Shown: piece after piece, positions 23,421-32,820 of the stretch
Position numbering within the stretch: position 1 is the first letter of the stretch
Layout of the letters: each line of letters begins with the position of its first letter
The notes under the pieces: generated by a model
Databases searched by the model: none
The model's input: only the letters and a program-made list of their open reading frames with translations
Told to the model about the DNA's origin: nothing
NCBI GenBank assembly: GCA_041742415.1
Contig: JBGSIR010000103.1
Coordinates: forward strand, 1 to 32,820
Reading direction: 5' to 3'
Length of the DNA stretch: 32,820 nt
DNA from: Fimbriimonadaceae bacterium
Lineage (GTDB): Bacteria > Armatimonadota > Fimbriimonadia > Fimbriimonadales > Fimbriimonadaceae
Program-made: the position numbers and the translations under genes

Positions 23421-26400
23421 TTACGCGTCAGAGCCAGACTCGTTGGAGTCGGCCAGGTCCACGAGGGTCCGGCCTTCCAGCGAAGGGTCCTGAAGGGTTT
23501 CGGGCTTGTTGGCCAGCTCTTCCGCCGCCGCCATGTCTTCGATGGTGACTTCGCGGGCAGAGCCGACTTCCTCGGCCGAATCCTCGTCCACGATGGACGA
23601 GAGCGACTGCTGCGCCCAGCTCGGCTGGGTGCGGTCCACATCGATAGCCAGCTCGCGGTTCGACTTGACGCCGGTGCCCGCAGGAATGAGCCGTCCAATG
23701 ATGACGTTCTCCTTGAGGCCGACGAGGTTGTCGGACTTGCCGCGGACGGCCGCTTCGGTGAGGACGCGGGTCGTCTTTTGGAACGAGGCTGCCGAAAGGA
23801 AGCTCTCGGTGGCCAGCGAGGCCTCCGTGATGCCGAGCAGAATCCAGTTGGCCGTGGCCTCCTTGGGGTTGCGCTCCTTCTCTTCGTTCGTGGTTGGGTC
23901 GACGAACTTAATCTTTTGACCCTCCTCGATCTTGCGGCGCACCTTGTCGTTTTCGCGGTTGAAGCGGAAGCGGTCGGCCACCTGTCCCGGCAGGAAGCTG
24001 GTGTCGCCCGGCTCCTTGATCTGCCGCTTGCGCAGCATCTGCCGAACGATGACTTCCAGGTGCTTGTCGTTGATGTCGACGCCCTGGTCCTTATACACGC
24101 TCTGCAGGTTCTGCACGAAGTACTCGTGCACCGCCTTGGCGCCGGCGAGGTCGAGGACCTCGTGCGGATCGAGCGGGCCTTCGGTGAGCGGGTCGCCCTT
24201 GATCACCTTCTGACCGCGCTCCACCGGCAGGTTGCCGAGCGGCGGAACGAGGATCGGATAGAACACGCGGACCTTCTCGACCTCATGCTTTCGCATGGTG
24301 TTGAGGGCCTGGGTGGTCATCTTTTGGCCGATCAGGCGCTCCAGCGGGGCCGGGAATCCGGTGCTAGTCTTCGTCTTCTTGGCCTCGTCTTGGGTGGGCC
24401 ACAGCTCCTGGGTGTCGGCGATCCAAGCCTCCTTGAGCGGCTTTTCGACGCCGACGACCGACTCGACCACAACCCAGCGGCCAAAGCTGGAGCGCTGGAT
24501 GTCGACAACGGTGCCGGTGACGGGGCAGATGATGGCTTTGCCTCGGGGCTGCTTTCGCGCTTCGAAGATCTCTTCGACGCGGACGATGCCCGAGGACTCA
24601 CCGGTCCAGGTGTAGAAGAAGGTCTTGCGGCTTCGTTCCCACTGCTTGCGCGAATCTGTCTCCAGCTTCTCCTGGGTTTTGGCCAGGCTGGCGGCGGTTC
24701 GCTTGCGGCGAGAGACCTCGGCGGGAAGCTCCTCCATTCCATAGAGGCCCTTCACGACATCCTCCTGCGAGGCCAGCAGCCGCTTCGGATCGAAGTCGGC
24801 GCTCTGCTCGCGGGTGGCGGCCTGGAAGTCTTCCTGGAACTGGCGGATGAACTTGCCGGTCTTGTACTGGTTCGTTCGAGCGATGACCTTTGAGCCGGCC
24901 ACACCACCGGTGTGGAACGTTCGCATGGTGAGCTGCGTGCCAGGCTCGCCGATGGACTGGGCGGCAATGATGCCGACGGCCACACCGGTTTCGACCACCT
25001 TCTTGCTGGAAAGGTCGATGCCATAGCACTTGGCGCACATGCCGAGCTCGGTTTCGCAGGTGATGGGGCTGCGCACCTTGGCGCCAAGGCGGTTGTGCTC
25101 GTCAAAGACGAACCCGGCCTGGCGATGCTTCTCGCGCAGGGCCTCCTTCTCAGCGTCGGTCGAGAGCCCTTCAAGCTCGATGTAGTAGGCCTCCTCCACC
25201 GCATCGAGCGCCTTGCACATCGATTCGATGATGATGGTGTCGTGCGGCATCAAGACCTCGCCGGTCTCGGGATGCCGAATCTCGCCCTGGCTGATGCGGC
25301 CTTCAGCGCGGTCGCCCATCGATTCGATGACCTTGCCTTCGCTGATGAGCCGGAAGGCGTTGATGCCCTCGTTCGTGCCGCAGTCGTTCTCACGAATGAT
25401 CACGTCCTGCGCCACGTCCACCAGTCGGCGCGTGAGGTAGCCGGCGTCAGCCGTTCGCAGAGCGGTGTCGGCCAGACCCTTGCGGGCGCCGTGCGTGGTC
25501 ACAAAGAACTCCAGCATCGAGAGCCCCTTCTGGAAGGAGTTCTTGACCGGCAGCTCATAAATAACCTCGTTGAACTGGTTGAACATCAGGCCGCGCATTC
25601 CGGAGAGCTGCGCGAGCTGCTTGATGCTGCCGCGGGCGCCGGAGACGGTGATGATCGACAGGGGGTTCATCTGGGCCATCGTTTCAGTGATGGCTCCACC
25701 GATCTTGTCGTAGGTGTCCGTCCAGAGCCGCACCAGCTTCTCCTGCATTTCGCGCGAAGAGCTCATGCCGCGGCGGAAGTTGTTGATGATGCGGTTGGCC
25801 GAGTCGTCGGCTTCATCCAGCATCTCTTCTCGCCGGCGGGGCGGGTTCATGTCGGTGAGGGCGATGGTGAGGCCATATTCGGCGACCCACTTGAAGCCCA
25901 GGTCCTTCATGTCGTCCAGCAGCTTGATAGTGGCTGCCTTGCCGGCCAGCCGGTGGCAGTCGACGATGATCTGCGGCAGAGTTTTCTTGCTGAGGATCTT
26001 GTCGAGGTGCTCGTCGCTCCAGCGCATCGGGTACGGCAGGATCTCGTTGTAGATCAGGCGTCCGGGCGTGGTGGTGACGACGAGGGTCTCGAACTCCTGC
26101 GGAAGCGCCTCAAGCTGAGGAGCCAACTCGCCGAATTCGTTCTCAACTTCGACCTGCTTGTACTCGACTCCGGTCTGGTTGTCTCGGAAGTCAATCTCGC
26201 TTTCGGGCCGGAAGACGGGGCGACGGATGCGCACCTTCACGGGCTGGTTCACCGTGATCGAATCGAGCTGGCCCGGGTTCTGAAGGGCAAAGATCGCCTC
26301 TTCGGGGCTGGCATAGACATGCGGCGCCGGATGCTTTTCCGGGTTCTCAGCGTGCAGGCGCTCCTGCTCGGCCAGGGCGTCGGCCTTGGCGTATTCGGTG

Positions 26401-28199
26401 AACGTCAGGCTGAACGCGCCCAGAACGATGTCCTGGATGGGCGTCATCACCGGGCGGCCGTCGGCAGGGCTGAAGAGGTTCTGCGTGCTGAGCATGAGCA
26501 CGCGGGCTTCGGCCTGCGCCTGGATGCTGAGCGGAACGTGTACGGCCATCTGGTCGCCGTCGAAGTCAGCGTTGTAGGCGTGGCACACCAGCGGGTGAAG
26601 CTGAATGGCCTTGCCTTCCACCAGGATCGGCTCGAACGCCTGGATGCCCAAGCGGTGAAGCGTAGGGGCGCGGTTGAGCATCACCGGATGCTCCTTGATC
26701 ACGTCCTCCAAGCCATCCCAGACGGCCGGGTTCTGCCGCTCGATGAGCCGCTTGGCAGTCTTGATGTTCTGGGTGATTTTGCGCTCGACCAAGGACTTCA
26801 TGACGAAGGGCTTGAACAGCTCCAGCGCCATCTCCTTGGGCAAGCCGCATTGGTGCAGCTTGAGGTGCGGACCGACGACGATGACCGATCGGCCGGAGTA
26901 GTCGACGCGCTTTCCGAGCAGGTTCTTGCGGAACCGGCCTTCCTTGCCCTTGAGCATATCGCTGAGCGACTTGAGCGGGCGCTGGTTGCTGCCGACCACG
27001 GGCCGCGAGCGGCGGCCGTTGTCGATCAGGGCGTCCACCGACTCCTGCAGGAGCCGCTTCTCGTGGTTGATGATCGACTCGGGCGCCTGAATCTCAATGA
27101 TGCGCTTCAGGCGGTTGTTGCGGTTGATGATGCGCCGATAGAGGTCGTTGAGGTCACTGGTGGCGAACCGGCCTCCATCGAGCTGGACCATCGGGCGCAG
27201 CTCAGGGCTGATGACCGGAACCACTTCCAGGATCATCCACTCAGGGCGGCTCTTGGAGCCAACCAGGGCTTCGCAGAGCTCAAGGCGGCGAATGGCGCGG
27301 GCGCGGCGGGCGGTGGTGGTGCTGACGATTTCTCGGCGCAGCTCGCGGACAAGCCGCTCCAGGTCCACGCGGCCCAAAAGCTCCTTGGCAGCGTCGGCGC
27401 CGACGGCGGCGCTCACCAAATGGTCAAGGTGCTTCTTCATGCGGCGGCCCACCGAATCGAGCAGCTTGCTGATGGCGCGCCACTTGTCCTCTTCGATGAG
27501 CATGTTCAGCTCGAGCTGGCCCAGCATGGCAACGGCCACATCCAGGTCCTGCACGCGCTCGTCAGCGTCGCGGAATTCGGCGCGGATGCGATCGTAGATC
27601 GCCTTCATGCGCTCCTTGACGTAGCCTTCGTCGAAGTACTCGTCGGGGTTCTCGGCCATCTCGGAGATCAGCCGCTGGATGCTCTCCTGCTCAAGCTGGC
27701 GCAGCGACTCTTGAATGTCGCGCTTCTCCTCTTCCACCAAACGGCGGATTTCGGGCATCAGCTCATTGATCTCGTCCATCTCCAGGTCGATGACAATGAA
27801 GCTGGCGAAATAGACCACCTTTTCCAGCTGTCGCGGGGAGATGTCGAGGATGAGGCTGAGCGGGCTGGGGACGCCCTTGAGGTACCAAATGTGGCAGACC
27901 GGGGCGGCAAGCTCCACGTGGCCCATGCGCTCGCGGCGCACCTTGGCCCGGGTCACTTCGACGCCGCAGCGCTCGCAGATGATGCCTTGGTACTTGATCT
28001 TCTTGTAGCGGCCGCAGTCGCACTCGTAGTCCTTGCTCGGACCGAAAATCTTCTGGCAGAAAAGGCCGTCCCGCTCGGGCTTAAACGTGCGGTAGTTGAT
28101 GGTTTCCGGCTTTTTGACCTCACCGTGCGACCAACTCCGGATGTCTTCCGGGCTGGCCATGCCGATGCGAATCTTGTCGAAGAGGTTGTTGTCCGCCAT
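23421..28199 (-). CDS. rpoC: DNA-directed RNA polymerase subunit beta-prime
   Basis: Zinc-ribbon region [23 protein letters not shown], catalytic [12 protein letters not shown], and trigger-loop/bridge-helix elements [20 protein letters not shown] and EEIFEAR are present. At 1592 aa it is longer than the roughly 1400 aa of E. coli beta-prime. Confidence 0.97.
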   Translation of the reverse strand: MADNNLFDKIRIGMASPEDIRSWSHGEVKKPETINYRTFKPERDGLFCQKIFGPSKDYECDCGRYKKIKYQGIICERCGVEVTRAKVRRERMGHVELAAPVCHIWYLKGVPSPLSLILDISPRQLEKVVYFASFIVIDLEMDEINELMPEIRRLVEEEKRDIQESLRQLEQESIQRLISEMAENPDEYFDEGYVKERMKAIYDRIRAEFRDADERVQDLDVAVAMLGQLELNMLIEEDKWRAISKLLDSVGRRMKKHLDHLVSAAVGADAAKELLGRVDLERLVRELRREIVSTTTARRARAIRRLELCEALVGSKSRPEWMILEVVPVISPELRPMVQLDGGRFATSDLNDLYRRIINRNNRLKRIIEIQAPESIINHEKRLLQESVDALIDNGRRSRPVVGSNQRPLKSLSDMLKGKEGRFRKNLLGKRVDYSGRSVIVVGPHLKLHQCGLPKEMALELFKPFVMKSLVERKITQNIKTAKRLIERQNPAVWDGLEDVIKEHPVMLNRAPTLHRLGIQAFEPILVEGKAIQLHPLVCHAYNADFDGDQMAVHVPLSIQAQAEARVLMLSTQNLFSPADGRPVMTPIQDIVLGAFSLTFTEYAKADALAEQERLHAENPEKHPAPHVYASPEEAIFALQNPGQLDSITVNQPVKVRIRRPVFRPESEIDFRDNQTGVEYKQVEVENEFGELAPQLEALPQEFETLVVTTTPGRLIYNEILPYPMRWSDEHLDKILSKKTLPQIIVDCHRLAGKAATIKLLDDMKDLGFKWVAEYGLTIALTDMNPPRRREEMLDEADDSANRIINNFRRGMSSSREMQEKLVRLWTDTYDKIGGAITETMAQMNPLSIITVSGARGSIKQLAQLSGMRGLMFNQFNEVIYELPVKNSFQKGLSMLEFFVTTHGARKGLADTALRTADAGYLTRRLVDVAQDVIIRENDCGTNEGINAFRLISEGKVIESMGDRAEGRISQGEIRHPETGEVLMPHDTIIIESMCKALDAVEEAYYIELEGLSTDAEKEALREKHRQAGFVFDEHNRLGAKVRSPITCETELGMCAKCYGIDLSSKKVVETGVAVGIIAAQSIGEPGTQLTMRTFHTGGVAGSKVIARTNQYKTGKFIRQFQEDFQAATREQSADFDPKRLLASQEDVVKGLYGMEELPAEVSRRKRTAASLAKTQEKLETDSRKQWERSRKTFFYTWTGESSGIVRVEEIFEARKQPRGKAIICPVTGTVVDIQRSSFGRWVVVESVVGVEKPLKEAWIADTQELWPTQDEAKKTKTSTGFPAPLERLIGQKMTTQALNTMRKHEVEKVRVFYPILVPPLGNLPVERGQKVIKGDPLTEGPLDPHEVLDLAGAKAVHEYFVQNLQSVYKDQGVDINDKHLEVIVRQMLRKRQIKEPGDTSFLPGQVADRFRFNRENDKVRRKIEEGQKIKFVDPTTNEEKERNPKEATANWILLGITEASLATESFLSAASFQKTTRVLTEAAVRGKSDNLVGLKENVIIGRLIPAGTGVKSNRELAIDVDRTQPSWAQQSLSSIVDEDSAEEVGSAREVTIEDMAAAEELANKPETLQDPSLEGRTLVDLADSNESGSDA

Positions 28200-28254
28200 G
28201 TTCCGTGTTTGGGTTTTGTAGAGTGCTGGGGCTGGGCGCGGTGGGGCAAGGGAG

Positions 28255-28283
28255 CCCTCCCGGTCCGCGCGGTTCCGGGAGGG
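28255..28283 (-). promoter_or_regulatory. Stable hairpin in the rpoB-rpoC intergenic spacer
   Basis: CCCTCCCGG ... CCGGGAGGG forms a 9-bp stem enclosing an inner CCGCGCGG palindrome, within the 102-nt spacer. Confidence 0.4.
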
Positions 28284-28301
28284 GGCAGGGGATCAGAGAG
28301 A

Positions 28302-32324
<4,023 letters not shown>

Positions 32325-32370
32325 CTACTCTCCGGGGACTCCCCAATATACCGGCGAATCGCTTTGGAGT

Positions 32371-32425
32371 AAACGACAAAGGGCCCCTCACCCCAGAAAT
32401 CGTCGATTTCTGAAGCGCGGGGCCC
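32371..32425 (-). terminator. Structured leader or attenuator-like terminator upstream of rpoB
   Basis: In minus-strand sense, an outer stem GGGCCCC...GGGGCCC (7 bp) encloses the perfect palindrome CAGAAATCG-a-CGATTTCTG and is followed by TTTGTCGTTT. It lies 16 nt downstream of the small ORF stop and about 45 nt upstream of the rpoB ATG. Confidence 0.5.
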
Positions 32426-32439
32426 GATGAACTGAGTTG

Positions 32440-32445
32440 ATTATA
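32440..32445 (-). promoter_or_regulatory. Perfect TATAAT -10-like hexamer on the rpoB strand
   Basis: The minus-strand sequence is ggcTATAATcaac. The only -35-like element is TCGACC at a 19-nt spacing, so promoter status is tentative. Confidence 0.3.
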
Positions 32446-32719
32446 GCCTAATTTCTTCGGTCCTGGTCGATTCCGGGCCCTGGAGAGGGGAAAGGGGTTC
32501 AAATCCAGTTGCCCTTTTTGGGAGAACGGGCGATTCCCCCTTTTGGCGGACCTCGTCGCGGAGGGCTTCAAGGGCCTGCTCGATCCGGGCCAGCTCTTCC
32601 GGTCCGAGTGACTTTGCTCTCCGGAGCCGGAAATCCAAAATCATGCGCAGGATGATCACGCTCGACACGGCCACGATGAGCACCACGGCGACGATCATCC
32701 AGGCAAGGGCGGCAGACAT
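32441..32719 (-). CDS. Small single-pass membrane protein (TM helix plus charged helix; PspB-like architecture)
   Basis: The N-terminal TM helix ALAWMIVAVVLIVAVSSVIILRMIL is followed by RLRRAKSLGPEELARIEQALEALRDEV. No obvious Shine-Dalgarno is present. The C-terminal 30 aa are low-complexity, so the true extent is uncertain. Confidence 0.45.
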   Translation of the reverse strand: MSAALAWMIVAVVLIVAVSSVIILRMILDFRLRRAKSLGPEELARIEQALEALRDEVRQKGESPVLPKRATGFEPLSPLQGPESTRTEEIRL

Positions 32720-32820
32720 GATTTACGGGACGGCAGACCGTCTGGCCAAGGTTCAGTGCCGGGACTGCGGCTGAACCGCCGCGCGGGCTTCGACGGGAAC
32801 GGGCGGCGGCGTGCGCTCCA

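Noticed and set aside
32490-32515. GGTTCAAATCC, a tRNA T-loop-like sequence.
   Set aside because: The flanking bases give only 3 of 5 T-stem pairs (AGGGG versus CCAGT). No acceptor, D or anticodon arms can be drawn on either strand. The segment also lies inside the small ORF. tRNAscan-SE or ARAGORN could confirm this.
32753-32820. A possible 3-prime end of another minus-strand gene (...ERTPPPVPVEARAAVQPQSRH, stop) at the window edge, and a CAGACcGTCTG palindrome at 32734..32744.
   Set aside because: Only about 22 codons are visible, with no motif, so a CDS call cannot be supported. The 11-bp palindrome is too short to distinguish from chance.

Overview
This is a high-GC bacterial chromosomal window, densely coded and mostly housekeeping. 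I cannot assign a phylum from the sequence alone. Supported genes, in order: partial RluA-family pseudouridine synthase; radC; a translin/TRAX-like protein; a secreted sortilin/VPS10-like BNR (Asp-box) beta-propeller protein; exported msrA; a TPR membrane protein; a 2-oxoacid dehydrogenase E2 (minus strand); gcvPA; a PEP-CTERM protein; gcvPB; a hypothetical protein; a tricorn-like TolB-propeller/PDZ/S41 protease; a small membrane protein; lysS; a hypothetical protein plus a dienelactone hydrolase (minus strand); a second BNR paralogue; an exported thioredoxin-like protein; and, on the minus strand, a small membrane protein, rpoB, rpoC and a polytopic class III cyclase-homology protein. I found no rRNA, tRNA, CRISPR array, transposase or integrase. 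The many long ORFs antisense to these genes are typical high-GC artefacts. I see no clear-cut novel multi-gene system. The best candidates for follow-up are: (1) a translationally coupled radC and TRAX-like (EYVE motif) gene pair; (2) a membrane cyclase-homology protein with substituted transition-state residues sitting 47 nt downstream of rpoC; (3) lineage-specific insertions of about 100 aa in the beta-prime trigger loop and in beta; (4) a PEP-CTERM gene with its own flanking hairpins splitting gcvPA from gcvPB; (5) a near-perfect 7-1-7 Fur-family box in an AT island upstream of msrA; (6) rpoB preceded by a small membrane protein and a structured attenuator-like leader rather than by rplJ/rplL. 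All homology calls come from by-eye motif recognition on the supplied translations. No searches were run.
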